Shown here: positions 22,199 to 32,945 of the stretch, in pieces
Position numbering within the stretch: the stretch's first letter is position 1
Layout of the letters: each line of letters begins with the position of its first letter
Source of the DNA: Candidatus Aenigmatarchaeota archaeon
Lineage (GTDB): Archaea; Aenigmatarchaeota; Aenigmatarchaeia; CG10238-14; SpSt-28
DNA length: 64,000 bases
Reading direction: 5' to 3'
NCBI GenBank assembly: GCA_039000985.1
Contig: JAWBMD010000003.1
Coordinates: forward strand, 1 to 64,000
Program-made: the position numbers and the translations under genes
The notes under the pieces: generated by a model
What the model saw: the letters and a program-made list of their open reading frames with translations, nothing else
The model's database searches: none
What the model was told of the DNA's origin: nothing

Positions 22199-23445
22199 AA
22201 TTTATCGATATATTAAAACTTTCAATAAACAATCTTTCACAAAGAGAGTTGAGAAGTTGGTTAACAATACTTGGAATAATTATTGGTACGGCTTCGATAG
22301 TTGGAATACTTTCTGTTGGAGAAGGGATGAAAGAATCTATTTCAAGTCAACTAGCATCTTTTGGAGGAGATATGTTATTAATAACGCCTGGCCATACAAG
22401 AGCTACAAGAGAGTTCGATGAAATAAGGGCTGTTATGCAAGCTAGATTTGCTATACCAACAAGCATTTTAGATGAAAAGGATGTTAGAACAATAAAAAGT
22501 GTAGAGGGAGTTAAATTTGTAACACCAACAATATCTGGAAGAGCAGAAATAAAATATAAAAATGAAAAAATAACACTACCAATTCAAGGAATAGAGACTT
22601 TATACTTTAGTGAATTTACAAAAGTTGATTTAGAGAATGGAAGATTTTTTCATAATTCAGAAAAAGATGTTGTCGTTATAGGAAGTAATGTACCAAGTAT
22701 GTTTAAAAATTCACTTAAATTAAACTTAAAAATAGAAATTAATGGAAGAATATTTAAAGTTATTGGGATTTTGGAAAAAGCAGGGGAAGTCGGTGCATTT
22801 GTTGGGATAGATAGAACAATATACATGCCAATTTCTTCTGCAAGGGATGTTTTAAATATTAGTTCTACTAGATATTCAGCAATTTTTGCAAAAGTAGAAA
22901 ATTTAGAAATACTTGATGAAACAAGCAATAATATTGAAACAGCTTTAATGAAATCAAGAAAAGTTACAGAAAATACAAAAGATTTTACAATAACATCTAT
23001 AAAAACAATTCAAGAAAGAGTTTTAAATATTGTTGGAAGTATGAATTTTTTTCTTGGAGGAATTGCTGCAATATCATTATTAGTTGGAGCAGTTGGTATA
23101 GCTAATACAATGTTTACTTCTGTTCTCGAAAGAACAAGACTAATAGGAACTTTAAAAGCATTAGGTACGAAAAATAGTGAAATAATGAAAATATTTTTAG
23201 TAGAATCTGCATTGCTTGGCTTTATAGGCGGTTTAATTGGTATATTTTGTGGATTTATAGTATCTGGTTTAATTTCTGAAATGGGAATTAGAATGGGTGG
23301 ATTTGTAACTAGTGTAGTATCGATTAATGCAAACTTATTTATATTTGCAATTGTATTTTCAACATCTATAGGAATTATTTCAGGAATCCTCCCAGCAAAA
23401 AGGGCTGCTAACCTTCAACCAATAGAGGCATTAAGGTATGAATAA
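22195..23445 (+). CDS. ABC transporter permease (MacB/FtsX family)
   Basis: RSWLTILGIIIG, GIANTMFTSVLERT, PAKRAANLQPIEALRYE. Confidence 0.93.
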   Translation: MKFIDILKLSINNLSQRELRSWLTILGIIIGTASIVGILSVGEGMKESISSQLASFGGDMLLITPGHTRATREFDEIRAVMQARFAIPTSILDEKDVRTIKSVEGVKFVTPTISGRAEIKYKNEKITLPIQGIETLYFSEFTKVDLENGRFFHNSEKDVVVIGSNVPSMFKNSLKLNLKIEINGRIFKVIGILEKAGEVGAFVGIDRTIYMPISSARDVLNISSTRYSAIFAKVENLEILDETSNNIETALMKSRKVTENTKDFTITSIKTIQERVLNIVGSMNFFLGGIAAISLLVGAVGIANTMFTSVLERTRLIGTLKALGTKNSEIMKIFLVESALLGFIGGLIGIFCGFIVSGLISEMGIRMGGFVTSVVSINANLFIFAIVFSTSIGIISGILPAKRAANLQPIEALRYE

Positions 23446-24402
23446 TACATCATCAATTCTCCATTTTGGAACTATTTTATCTTTTATTTTTGGAACCGAG
23501 TTATTTTTATAATGCTGTAAGCCGCAATAAGCTATCATTACACCGTTATCTGAAGCATATTCTTCTTCAACAACTTTAAAGCTTGCTCCCCTTTCACTGC
23601 ACATTATATTAAACATTTCTTGTAATCTTTTATTAGATGCTACCCCACCAACTAGTAAAACTTCATTTTTATTCATATGTGCTAAAGCTCTTTCAGTTAC
23701 TTCAACTATCATTGCGAAGCATGTTTCTTGCAAAGAAAAAGCTATATCTTCAAACTTATAACCTTCCTTAATTAATTTTATGGCATGCGTTGCAATTCCA
23801 GAAAAAGAAAAATCAATTCCCTTTACCAAATAAGGCAAACTTATGTATTTTCCACTTTTTGCTAATTTTTCTATTTCCCTACCACCAGGCATTGGTAGTT
23901 TCATTTCCCTAGCAACAACATCCAAGCAATTACCAATTGGTATGTCTAATGTTTCTCCAAGAATTCTATATCTCCCTTCTATAAAAGCAATTATTTGACT
24001 ATTTCCACCAGATAAATAAACAAAAATGGGATCATCGCTTTTTGTTGTTAGCTTACCAATTTCTAAATGAGCTATACCGTGATTTACAGGAACCAATAAC
24101 TTTTTATATTTTTTTGCTAGTTGAATTGCAAAATTTGCAGTAATAATTAATGGTAAAGGTAATCCAGGACCAGCTGAATAAGAAATTATATCAATATCTT
24201 TTAAACTCAAGTTAGATTTTTCTAAAGCTCTTTTAAGAATATCTTTTTTTACTTTTTCATGATGTTTACCTGCTTCTCGTGGAATAATACCACTTCCTAT
24301 TTTTGGTACATATACATCTTTTTCATTTGCCAATATTTTCTCATCTTCAACAATACCAATCCCAAATGTATGTGCAGTACCTTCTATACCCAAAGAAATC
24401 AT
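23431..24402 (-). CDS. kae1: KEOPS t6A transferase Kae1
   Basis: LGIEGTAHT, VNHGIAHLE, YLSGGNSQ, DNGVMIA. Confidence 0.96.
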   Translation of the reverse strand: MISLGIEGTAHTFGIGIVEDEKILANEKDVYVPKIGSGIIPREAGKHHEKVKKDILKRALEKSNLSLKDIDIISYSAGPGLPLPLIITANFAIQLAKKYKKLLVPVNHGIAHLEIGKLTTKSDDPIFVYLSGGNSQIIAFIEGRYRILGETLDIPIGNCLDVVAREMKLPMPGGREIEKLAKSGKYISLPYLVKGIDFSFSGIATHAIKLIKEGYKFEDIAFSLQETCFAMIVEVTERALAHMNKNEVLLVGGVASNKRLQEMFNIMCSERGASFKVVEEEYASDNGVMIAYCGLQHYKNNSVPKIKDKIVPKWRIDDVLFIP

Positions 24403-24779
24403 TCCATGTATAATGTATAATTTTCAAAACGTATAAGATAGCTGAAATTCAATCTATTGAAAGATGAGGTATAATTTATGTTAGATTCTATATTTCTCAC
24501 AACTAAGTTATTATTTTGTTGGTTAACTTTTATCTCAAAATTTTGCTTAGTTAAATTTTTAAAACTTATAATACTCTCAAAATAACAATCTTTGCAATTA
24601 GTTATAAGGTTAATCGCATATGATTCAATAATTTTTGAAATATAGGAAGAATATTTTGTTGAAATATCTTTTTTTAGCTTAAAAAAACTAAGATCGAACA
24701 TATTAGCAATTAAAACAAATAAAATAAATCCTAGAGTGGAATAAATTACAAATTGTATTATTAAAACTTGAGATTTCAT
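24399..24779 (-). CDS. hypothetical, pilin-like N-terminus
   Basis: MKSQ followed by a hydrophobic helix (class III signal-like). Confidence 0.5.
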   Translation of the reverse strand: MKSQVLIIQFVIYSTLGFILFVLIANMFDLSFFKLKKDISTKYSSYISKIIESYAINLITNCKDCYFESIISFKNLTKQNFEIKVNQQNNNLVVRNIESNINYTSSFNRLNFSYLIRFENYTLYME

Positions 24780-25375
24780 TAAGTGAAATAAAGTGTTATT
24801 ATGTTATTTTTATCTATTTTAGAAAATACTATTCGAATATTTTTCAAATCTGTAGATTGAATTGGTGATTCGATTTTATATTGAAAAGTTTCTGAATCAG
24901 ATGTTAAGTTTCTAAAACTTATTCTATAAGATATTTTAAATACCATACCTTCTCTATCAGCTCTAGCACAAATACAAAATGGTTTATCCAAACCAAAAAT
25001 ACCTGGATTTCTTTCACATTTACCAGTATTATTATTGCAGGAATCGTAAATAGATAGCCAACCATAACCTATTGCTATATTACTACTTTTACTAATTGAT
25101 TCAAAAGTCAAATAATTTTCACTTTTATTAACTTTCCATACACCATCTACTGGAGAAGAAAATAATTGCTCGGAAGCTCCTTTTATAGCATTCTCTATTT
25201 TTGATGATAATGAGTTGAAATTATAAATATCAAACATATCTTTCATTCTTTCTACTTTTATAGAACCTTGTCTTTTTTCTATTAGTGGCATACCCCAAAA
25301 ATAAGCAGTAGAAACTAAAGTTATTGTTAGCATCGCTATAGTAACTAATGCTACTATTTCAGATTGTGTTTTCAT
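24779..25375 (-). CDS. pilin-like protein
   Basis: MKTQSEIVALV...AYFWGMPLIEK class III-like N-terminus. Confidence 0.6.
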   Translation of the reverse strand: MKTQSEIVALVTIAMLTITLVSTAYFWGMPLIEKRQGSIKVERMKDMFDIYNFNSLSSKIENAIKGASEQLFSSPVDGVWKVNKSENYLTFESISKSSNIAIGYGWLSIYDSCNNNTGKCERNPGIFGLDKPFCICARADREGMVFKISYRISFRNLTSDSETFQYKIESPIQSTDLKNIRIVFSKIDKNNIITLYFT

Positions 25376-25836
25376 TTTGTTAATTCTGGTTTTTTCAATG
25401 GTGGTAATGTTGGTCTTCTAGTTCTTTTTTCAATTTCTTCTAATGTAGCAACTATTCTTTCATTCAATTCCAAAATTCTTTTGTTATTTTCTATCAATTG
25501 AGTTATTAATTCACTTTCAATACCTTTCGTTTCCTCTTTTTTTGGAGCTTCCTTTTCTTCTTCACTACTACCTAGTTTTATATATGTTAGCAATTCGTTC
25601 AAATTTGAAATCAAAGTATCTAACTTTCCAGGGATTTTAGAAAGCTCTATTGTTAATGCATCATTGGCTCTAACTATTTGATGTACAACCTCTTGATTCA
25701 TTTTTACTATACCCACAATATCCTTCAAAAACTCCTTTATATCTAGCAATTGCTTAGCAGATTCTATTTCTTCAATTTTTTTCTCTAACTTTCTAAGTGG
25801 AGAAACAGGAATAAGCTCGAATTCTTCTTCTGGCAT
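25372..25836 (-). CDS. coiled-coil hypothetical protein
   Basis: heptad-rich, Pro-rich tail. Confidence 0.6.
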   Translation of the reverse strand: MPEEEFELIPVSPLRKLEKKIEEIESAKQLLDIKEFLKDIVGIVKMNQEVVHQIVRANDALTIELSKIPGKLDTLISNLNELLTYIKLGSSEEEKEAPKKEETKGIESELITQLIENNKRILELNERIVATLEEIEKRTRRPTLPPLKKPELTK

Positions 25837-25876
25837 ATATAAAATTTGCTTTTATTAATTAAATTTAATTAGTTAA

Positions 25877-26557
25877 GTGATAGTAAAACCCTCTAGATTA
25901 AAAAAGATAGGAAGATATATTTTTGCTATTCTACTAATAATTTTTGGTATTGCTCATTATTTCAATGTTTTTAGCTATTTTCAACGTATACCCCTTTCAA
26001 ATTATCTTAACTTATTTTTTGTAGCTTTTGGTATATTAATAATTTTACATACAGAGCTAAGTAGGTTATTAATTAAATACATAATAAGTGAAAGCGAAAT
26101 AAGTGAAATGAAAGGAATTATAAGAAGAAAAAAGATAAAAGTTTTACCAAATAAGGTATCATCTATCAAAATAAAACAAAACATATTTGAAAGGGGTATT
26201 GGTATAGGGGATATTGAGGTTTATGTTGAGGAAGACGTACCAGATATAGTAATGAGTGGTATAAGAAATGTTAAAGAAGTTTATTCTTATATAGAGAGTT
26301 TAGTTGGTAAAGGAGTTGTAGAATATAAAAGTAAAAAAGTTTTGCCAAGCACAGAAATTCTAAAAATATTAGAAAATAAATTTAAAGAAAGCAAAATAAT
26401 TGCATACAAATTTTTTGAAAAAGAAAAAGTATGGAAAGCTTTAATTTATTATAAACAAAGTTATTTTTTAATCGAATTAAGCGAAGAAGGAGAAATAATT
26501 TCTGAAGTAAGATTAAATAGCGAAGAAGCAAATAAAGTTAAAGAAAAATTTTTATAA
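25877..26557 (+). CDS. membrane protein with bacterial PH (bPH_2) domain
   Basis: two TMs then KGIIRRK...IKQNIFERGIGIGDIEV. Confidence 0.75.
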   Translation: MIVKPSRLKKIGRYIFAILLIIFGIAHYFNVFSYFQRIPLSNYLNLFFVAFGILIILHTELSRLLIKYIISESEISEMKGIIRRKKIKVLPNKVSSIKIKQNIFERGIGIGDIEVYVEEDVPDIVMSGIRNVKEVYSYIESLVGKGVVEYKSKKVLPSTEILKILENKFKESKIIAYKFFEKEKVWKALIYYKQSYFLIELSEEGEIISEVRLNSEEANKVKEKFL

Positions 26558-27523
26558 AAGTTCATCTAACGAATTTAAAACTTTTATACCATTTTCTTCT
26601 AAAATTTTTTTGGCAATAATCTCGTTTGTACCAACTATTCTTATAAAAAAGGGAATATCAATTTTTTCTTCAACTATTGCTTTAGCTATTTCATCACATC
26701 TAGTAATCCCACCAAAAATATTAAAAATTACTTTTTTTGGTTTTCTAATTTTTATTATTTTTAAAGCTGCTTTCATTTTTTCCACGGATGCACCACCTCC
26801 AATATCCATGAAAAAAGCTGGATTATCAATCAAATCCATAGTTGCCATTGTTAAACCAGCTCCAACACCAAGTATCCCAACTTCTCCATTTAAATCTACA
26901 AAATGAATATCATTTTCAAAAGCAATTTTTTCTATTTCACTTTTTATTTCTTTAATTCTATACTTTAAAATATCTTCATGTTTATATAAAGAGTTATCAT
27001 CTATTATAATTTTTGCATCCAAAGCAATAAATCCATTTTTAGTTAAAGCTAATGGATTTATTTCAACAAGTTCAGCATCATAATCAACAGCTATTTTCAA
27101 AAGCTTTTCTGCAATAATTTTTATTTCGAGATTTTCTATTTTATTCAAATCTATTTCATTTGCTTCACTAATATCTATTCCTCCCTTATCAGAAAATAAT
27201 AGTTTTAGCTTTCTTTCATACGTATCTAAAAAAGCAGATAAATAAAGCTCTTTTATTACATCAATTTTTTCCTCTATTAAAACTTCTTCAACATTTTTAT
27301 CGAAAATTTCTTTTAGATTTTTAATTAAATCTTCCTTGCTCGAAAAAATTATTAAATTATTTTTTCTTCTATTACCTATTAATACCTGAGCTTTTAAAAC
27401 AACTTCTTCAAAATCCATTCTTAGCGAGTAAAAGCTATCGGTTCTTCTAACCAAATAAGATTTTGGAACTTTTATTCCATACTTTTTAAATATTTCTTTT
27501 CCAATATATTCTTTAATCCTCAT
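26552..27523 (-). CDS. sucC: succinyl-CoA synthetase beta-like subunit
   Basis: EYIGKEIF, VLKAQV, EINPLA, GAGLTMATMD, NIFGGITRCD. Confidence 0.88.
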   Translation of the reverse strand: MRIKEYIGKEIFKKYGIKVPKSYLVRRTDSFYSLRMDFEEVVLKAQVLIGNRRKNNLIIFSSKEDLIKNLKEIFDKNVEEVLIEEKIDVIKELYLSAFLDTYERKLKLLFSDKGGIDISEANEIDLNKIENLEIKIIAEKLLKIAVDYDAELVEINPLALTKNGFIALDAKIIIDDNSLYKHEDILKYRIKEIKSEIEKIAFENDIHFVDLNGEVGILGVGAGLTMATMDLIDNPAFFMDIGGGASVEKMKAALKIIKIRKPKKVIFNIFGGITRCDEIAKAIVEEKIDIPFFIRIVGTNEIIAKKILEENGIKVLNSLDELL

Positions 27524-28280
27524 TTGTTAAGCTAAAAAATTTAATTGCATTTTCTGTAGTTTTTAAATCAACTTCTTCAAATGAAACTTTTTTAATTTCA
27601 GCTATTTTCTGGCAAACAATTTTAACGTTTAAAGGTGAATTTCTAGCTTTAGGATTTTCTGGATTGTTCCAAGGAGAATCTGTTTCTGTCATCAAATATT
27701 CTAAATCAAAAAGCTTAACAATTTCTTTATGTTTATTGCTTTTAACAATTATTGGTCCAATTGTTATTTTAAAATTATTTTCATTAATACGTTTAAATAA
27801 ATGCAATGCTCCAAATAAATGTAGTAAAACATTTTTGGCATCTTCTTGTTCCAAAATTTTTATTGCATCTTCATATGCATCCCTACAATGAATAACCAAA
27901 GGTTTTTTGATTTCATTAGCAAATTCAATCATTCTTTCAAAAAGCTCTTTTTGTTTATTTCTCCAGTAATCTTCTTTAATCCAAAAATAATCTAAACCAA
28001 CTTCGCCAATAGCTTTTACATAATCAATATTTTCCTTAACTAGAGAAAAAAACATTTCTATATCTTTTTCCGAAATTTCTTTTATATATTCTGGATGTAA
28101 CCCAAAACATGCAAAAACAAAATTATTATATTTTTTAACAATATTCAAAGTTTTTTGAAAATCATTTAAATGACAACAACTTGTAACTATTGCTTTTAAC
28201 CCTTTTTTACAATTTCCTATAACCAAATCTCTATCATCATCAAAATCTTTTTGCTCAATATGACAATGAGCATCTATCAT
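27513..28280 (-). CDS. tatD: TatD family nuclease
   Basis: DAHCH, GLHP, AIGEVGLD, IHCRDA, ETDSP. Confidence 0.93.
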   Translation of the reverse strand: MIDAHCHIEQKDFDDDRDLVIGNCKKGLKAIVTSCCHLNDFQKTLNIVKKYNNFVFACFGLHPEYIKEISEKDIEMFFSLVKENIDYVKAIGEVGLDYFWIKEDYWRNKQKELFERMIEFANEIKKPLVIHCRDAYEDAIKILEQEDAKNVLLHLFGALHLFKRINENNFKITIGPIIVKSNKHKEIVKLFDLEYLMTETDSPWNNPENPKARNSPLNVKIVCQKIAEIKKVSFEEVDLKTTENAIKFFSLTNED

Positions 28281-28310
28281 ATTTAAATTCGAGATAAAGT
28301 TTATATATTT

Positions 28311-29087
28311 ATGAAAAAAAGAAGTTTAGAAATATTGGCAATTATACTTTCAATAGCTTTAATTATAAACATAATGCTAATAATATGGTTTGAAGTAAGC
28401 TCATTAACAGAAGAAAAAGAAGAGCTAGCGAAAGCAAAAGAAACCTTATATCCAATTTATATTGGCAATGTTACAAATTATCCAATTGTAGAAATATATG
28501 CTCCAGCTGTAGATAATAATGGAAATGGTGTAATTACAAAATTTAGAGTTCAAGCAATTCCTGGAACTGGAAGAGTTTTGGTAAATATAAATAATTTGGT
28601 TTATTGGGTAGATACTCAAAGCTCTATTCAAACAGCAAGAAAGGTTGCAGAAAAATTTACCAAGATTAATTTATCGAACATTGATGTAATATATGACATA
28701 GATGCTAGTAATACAAGTATTGTTGGAGGGCCATCTGGAGGAGCAGCACTAACTTTAGCAACAATAGCTGCTATAAAAAATGTTTCTTTGAGAAAAGATA
28801 TAACTATAACAGGAACTATAAATGAAGATGGAATCATAGGTCAGGTAGGTGGTATAAAAGAAAAAACGGAAGCAGCAAAAAAATTTGGGTTAAAAGCGAT
28901 TTTAGTTCCTTTTGGTGAATCCGAAAGTGTTAATTATATACCGGTTAAAAAATGTGAAGAAATAGGTTTTGTTAAATTTTGTATAATAGAATATAAAGCA
29001 GAAAGGCAAAAAATTAAAGAAAAAGATATTGATGTAATTGAAGTTAGCAATATAGAGGAAGCTTGGAAATATTTTTCAACTTATTGA
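28311..29087 (+). CDS. membrane-anchored S16 (Lon-like) serine protease domain protein
   Basis: GGPSGGAAL, ITGTI..DG.IG.VGGIKEK (Ser-Lys dyad); no ATPase domain. Confidence 0.85.
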   Translation: MKKRSLEILAIILSIALIINIMLIIWFEVSSLTEEKEELAKAKETLYPIYIGNVTNYPIVEIYAPAVDNNGNGVITKFRVQAIPGTGRVLVNINNLVYWVDTQSSIQTARKVAEKFTKINLSNIDVIYDIDASNTSIVGGPSGGAALTLATIAAIKNVSLRKDITITGTINEDGIIGQVGGIKEKTEAAKKFGLKAILVPFGESESVNYIPVKKCEEIGFVKFCIIEYKAERQKIKEKDIDVIEVSNIEEAWKYFSTY

Positions 29088-30626
29088 ATCAATTAATTTT
29101 TTTATAATCTTTTCCTTTCCAACTTCTTTTATATAATTAATAAGTCTTGGTCCCCCATCTTTGCTTAATAAAATTCTATAAACAATTTTAAAAAATTCCT
29201 TTATATTTCCACTTCTTTTTGCTATTTCAAAAATTTTTTTTTCTAAGTTATTTTCAGTTTGAATGGCATTTATAAGCTCTTTAATAAATTGCTTATATTC
29301 TTCTGGCACAACAAACTTTTCTTTTTTCAAGTAAAAGTTGTTCATCCAATTTTTTATTAATGTAATTATTTTGTTTAATCTTACTTCATCAAATTCATAA
29401 TTTAATTCTTTCAATTTTTTAACCAAAAGTTCTTCTCCAAAGTTTTCTATTATTTCAACTATTTTGAAAAAATTAACATTAAATGTTTTTCTATTTTCAA
29501 CATTTACAACAGCAAGCATATAAGCATTTTTCAAATTATTATCCTTTCTTTTATTTCCTGCGCTTTCTAAACCAAAATAAACTCTCTCTGCAAAATTAAA
29601 TTCATCGAAAATTCTTGGCACTAAGGAAGAGAATCTTATATCTTTAGCTATTGTTAATCTACCTTGGGCCATCCAATATCTTAAATGTTCTGGTAACATG
29701 AAATTTAAAACATCATCAAGAGTAATTACATTTCCTCTGCTTTTACTCATTTTAGCACCATTAACTAAAAAATGTTCATAAATAACAGGAAACGGTACTT
29801 CCCAATTAAACAATTTAACTATTTCTTTTCCACTATCCCAGCTACCACCAGCTGCAGCATGCTCTTTACCAAAAGGTTCACAAGTAACTTTTAAAAATGA
29901 CCATCTGGCTGGCCATTCTACTCTCCATGTTAATTTAGCATTTCCATTTAAAACGGAAATTTCTCCTTCATATCCGCAACCTTCCACTTCATATTTTTTA
30001 TGCAAAAATTTTTTAGCTTTTTCACAAACAAATCTTGCTTTTAAGCTTTTTTCATCGTAGCTTAAAATTTTTGTATTAGATATTTTTTTGCATTTTGGGC
30101 AAATTATATCTATTGGATACCAATCTTCTTCGAGCTTAGTTGTTCTATATTTGTTTAAAATTTCTATTATTTCCATTCTTTTTTCTAAAGCAATTTTGAT
30201 TGTTTCATTGTACATACCATTTTTATACATCTCAATCCCAAAAAAAGCTTCTGGCTTAACAAAAAATTTTTCCAATTGCTTTAGAAATATATCTTCAAAA
30301 TGTCTTGTAAAACTTTCATGACATCCATATATATCTGGAATATAACATACAGGAATCCCCAAATATTCTTTCAATTCTAAAGGAAAACCAGCTGGTATAC
30401 TTCTTAGTGGATCCATATCATCAGCTATCCAAACAAGCTTTGCATCATAGCCAATATTTTTTAAAGCAATTTCTATGAAATTACCTCTTATAACATCGTT
30501 AGCATTTCCTATATGAGGTTCTCCAGATATAGATGTTCCAGTGGCTATTACATGAGTTTTTATATTTGGAAACTTTTTAACTATTTCCTTAGCTATTTTA
30601 AATGGCCAAAATGTATATTCCTCCAT
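29076..30626 (-). CDS. lysS: class I lysyl-tRNA synthetase
   Basis: SGEPHIGN, WRVEWPARW, EPFGKEH, KMSKS; ATG 30626 preferred. Confidence 0.95.
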   Translation of the reverse strand: MEEYTFWPFKIAKEIVKKFPNIKTHVIATGTSISGEPHIGNANDVIRGNFIEIALKNIGYDAKLVWIADDMDPLRSIPAGFPLELKEYLGIPVCYIPDIYGCHESFTRHFEDIFLKQLEKFFVKPEAFFGIEMYKNGMYNETIKIALEKRMEIIEILNKYRTTKLEEDWYPIDIICPKCKKISNTKILSYDEKSLKARFVCEKAKKFLHKKYEVEGCGYEGEISVLNGNAKLTWRVEWPARWSFLKVTCEPFGKEHAAAGGSWDSGKEIVKLFNWEVPFPVIYEHFLVNGAKMSKSRGNVITLDDVLNFMLPEHLRYWMAQGRLTIAKDIRFSSLVPRIFDEFNFAERVYFGLESAGNKRKDNNLKNAYMLAVVNVENRKTFNVNFFKIVEIIENFGEELLVKKLKELNYEFDEVRLNKIITLIKNWMNNFYLKKEKFVVPEEYKQFIKELINAIQTENNLEKKIFEIAKRSGNIKEFFKIVYRILLSKDGGPRLINYIKEVGKEKIIKKLIDSIS

Positions 30627-31249
30627 AAATAATATTTGCAACCCTTCTTTAACGAACATTTATAGCAAAGAGGATTTTTTGGTTTGCAAATTGTTTGGCC
30701 AAAAGCTACAAGAATTTTATTAAAATCTTTTTTCAAATTTTCAGGAACTATTTTCTCTAGCTCCTTTTCACTTTCTTTAATGCTTTTAGTGTTTATAATT
30801 CCAATTCTATTAGAAATTCTGTGAACATGAGTATCAACCGCTACAACATTTGAATCATATAATTCATTTAAAATAACTTTTCCAACTTTTCTACCAATAC
30901 CATATAATTTAACTATTTCCTCTAATCTGTTTGGTAATTTTTTTAGTTTAATTATTTGTTTTGCTAACTTTTTTAAAATCATAGCTTTTCTCTTGTAAAA
31001 GCCGATTGGATATAAAATAGATTCCAAATCTTTTCTTTTCATTTTAACTATATCTTTAAAGTCCTTAGCTTTTTTAAACAAAGTTTTGCTAACTTTAATT
31101 AAAGTCTCATCTTTAGCTCTTGGGCTTAAAACAGCAAAAGTAATAATTCTAAAAGGATTTTTATCAACTATTTGCATTTTTCTAAAAACTGGAGCATTTT
31201 TTACTTCTTTTATATTATTAATAGATTTCAGTATTTCTTCTATTTGCAT
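30593..31249 (-). CDS. nth: endonuclease III
   Basis: HhH LYGIGRK, VDTHVHRI, C-x6-C-x2-C-x5-C cluster. Confidence 0.93.
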   Translation of the reverse strand: MQIEEILKSINNIKEVKNAPVFRKMQIVDKNPFRIITFAVLSPRAKDETLIKVSKTLFKKAKDFKDIVKMKRKDLESILYPIGFYKRKAMILKKLAKQIIKLKKLPNRLEEIVKLYGIGRKVGKVILNELYDSNVVAVDTHVHRISNRIGIINTKSIKESEKELEKIVPENLKKDFNKILVAFGQTICKPKNPLCYKCSLKKGCKYYLWRNIHFGHLK

Positions 31250-32109
31250 TTAAATTTGCTTGGATGCGCAAAAACGATTATATCTTTAACTTCTTTTAAT
31301 TCATTTTTAATTTCTTTTTTAACTTTTTCACAAATCTCACTAGCTTTACTCAAAGAAATTTCTTTTTTAAATACCAAATGCAAATCTAAACTAATATGAT
31401 TACCTATTTTTTCAGCTCTTGCTTTATGAATGTTTTTAATTTCTTTAAATCTTAAACAAACTTCATTAACTTTCTGAAAAAATTCTTTTCCAGGAGATTT
31501 CCCTATTATTGTATCTATAGAATCATAAATAACTTCAAAGATATTTTTTAACAAGAGAATAATTACAAAAAATGACATTAGTGGATCTATTATTGGTGGT
31601 AAGCCAAAATAATATATCGAAATAGAACTAGATATAACAGCAATTGTTAAAAGCATATCCACTTTTGTATGATAAGAGTCTGCTATTAAAGGTAGTGAAA
31701 ATTCTTTTTTACCAATACTATATTCAATTTTATAAGTAAAATAATTTAATGGTAATACTAAAAGAAGAGCTAATAGAAGCAATGGTTTCAGATCTATTAT
31801 TTCTGGTTTAAATAGTTTATCAAAAGACTCTCTTAAAACAAAAGCTATAAATATTAATAAAAGTATTGAGGAAGCTACACTCGCTAATGGTTCAATTCTT
31901 TTATGACCATACAAATGTTTTTTATCTGGTTTTTTTGAAGAAAATTTAAGTGAAAAATAAGCTGTTAAGCTGGAGAGTGAATCAAAAAGAGAGTGAAAAC
32001 TTTCCGAAACTATAGCCAAACTTGATGAAAATATTCCTACAAAAATTTTTAAAAGAAATGCAATGCCATTTAAAAATAATGTTAATAAAGCTACTTCATA
32101 TGTTCTCAT
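31240..32109 (-). CDS. cation diffusion facilitator transporter
   Basis: HSLFD, KPDKKHLYGH, ADSYHTKVD. Confidence 0.9.
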   Translation of the reverse strand: MRTYEVALLTLFLNGIAFLLKIFVGIFSSSLAIVSESFHSLFDSLSSLTAYFSLKFSSKKPDKKHLYGHKRIEPLASVASSILLLIFIAFVLRESFDKLFKPEIIDLKPLLLLALLLVLPLNYFTYKIEYSIGKKEFSLPLIADSYHTKVDMLLTIAVISSSISIYYFGLPPIIDPLMSFFVIILLLKNIFEVIYDSIDTIIGKSPGKEFFQKVNEVCLRFKEIKNIHKARAEKIGNHISLDLHLVFKKEISLSKASEICEKVKKEIKNELKEVKDIIVFAHPSKFKCK

Positions 32110-32115
32110 AATTTA

Positions 32116-32190
32116 TAGCGAGGCCTGGATTTGAACCAGGGACCTCCGGGTTATGAGCCCGGCGACCACTCCAGGCTGGTCCACCTCGCT
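32116..32190 (-). tRNA. initiator tRNA-Met(CAU)
   Basis: A1-U72 pair and GGG/CCC anticodon stem; no intron. Confidence 0.95.
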
Positions 32191-32226
32191 TTATATAATA
32201 ATAGATGAACTAAAAAATTTATTTAT

Positions 32227-32631
32227 ATGTATGGGGAATTATTGATTATATTAGCACAATTTATATGGGCAGTTGTTTTAATTTTACAAAAGAAAATAAT
32301 AGGAATTATTGATCCTTTATTAGTAATTTTCGTATCAGCATTAATAAGTACATTAGTTTTAATACCTCTTATTTTATCTAAAAATTTATCAATACCAAAA
32401 ACAAGTCTTATTTATTTAATCATTGCTGGAATACTTTGGATACCAATAGGTCAAATGGTTTTTCTTAATGGTGTTAAATTAGTAGAGGTGTCTAAAGTAT
32501 CTTTTCTTGCTTTAACTTATCCTTTATTTGTTACTATTCTTTCAATTATTTTTCTTGGAGAAAAAATAACGTTAAACTTTTTAGTTGCTTCTATATTAAT
32601 TACTCTTGGAGTGATAGTACTAATAATTTAG
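32227..32631 (+). CDS. EamA/DMT family transporter (single repeat)
   Basis: five TMs, YPLFVTILSIIFLGEK. Confidence 0.85.
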   Translation: MYGELLIILAQFIWAVVLILQKKIIGIIDPLLVIFVSALISTLVLIPLILSKNLSIPKTSLIYLIIAGILWIPIGQMVFLNGVKLVEVSKVSFLALTYPLFVTILSIIFLGEKITLNFLVASILITLGVIVLII

Positions 32632-32786
32632 ATAAACTTTCTGCAGATTTTTTACTTAAAAAAGTAATTTTTTCATAAAATTGAAGGTTATTAAAAGCAA
32701 AATTTATAATAATAAGGAAATATCTTTCGTTTTTTATTTTTAACACATAATAATATAGTTGTTTTTTTCTTAATTTTATTTATAAT

Positions 32787-32861
32787 GCGCCAATGGTCTA
32801 GCCTGGTCTAAGACGCGAGCTTGCCAAGCTCGAAACTCGGGTTCAAATCCCGATTGGCGCA
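32787..32861 (+). tRNA. tRNA-Gly(GCC)
   Basis: GCGCCAA/TTGGCGC acceptor, CGAGC-TTGCCAA-GCTCG. Confidence 0.95.
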
Positions 32862-32868
32862 ATAATTT

Positions 32869-32942
32869 TGGGAAGGTTGGGATTCGAACCCAAACCACTG
32901 GCACCCGAAGCCAGCATCCTAACCAAATTAGACTACCTTCCC
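32869..32942 (-). tRNA. tRNA-Pro(CGG)
   Basis: GGGAAGG/CCTTCCC acceptor, CTGGC-TTCGGGT-GCCAG. Confidence 0.92.
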
Positions 32943-32945
32943 ATT

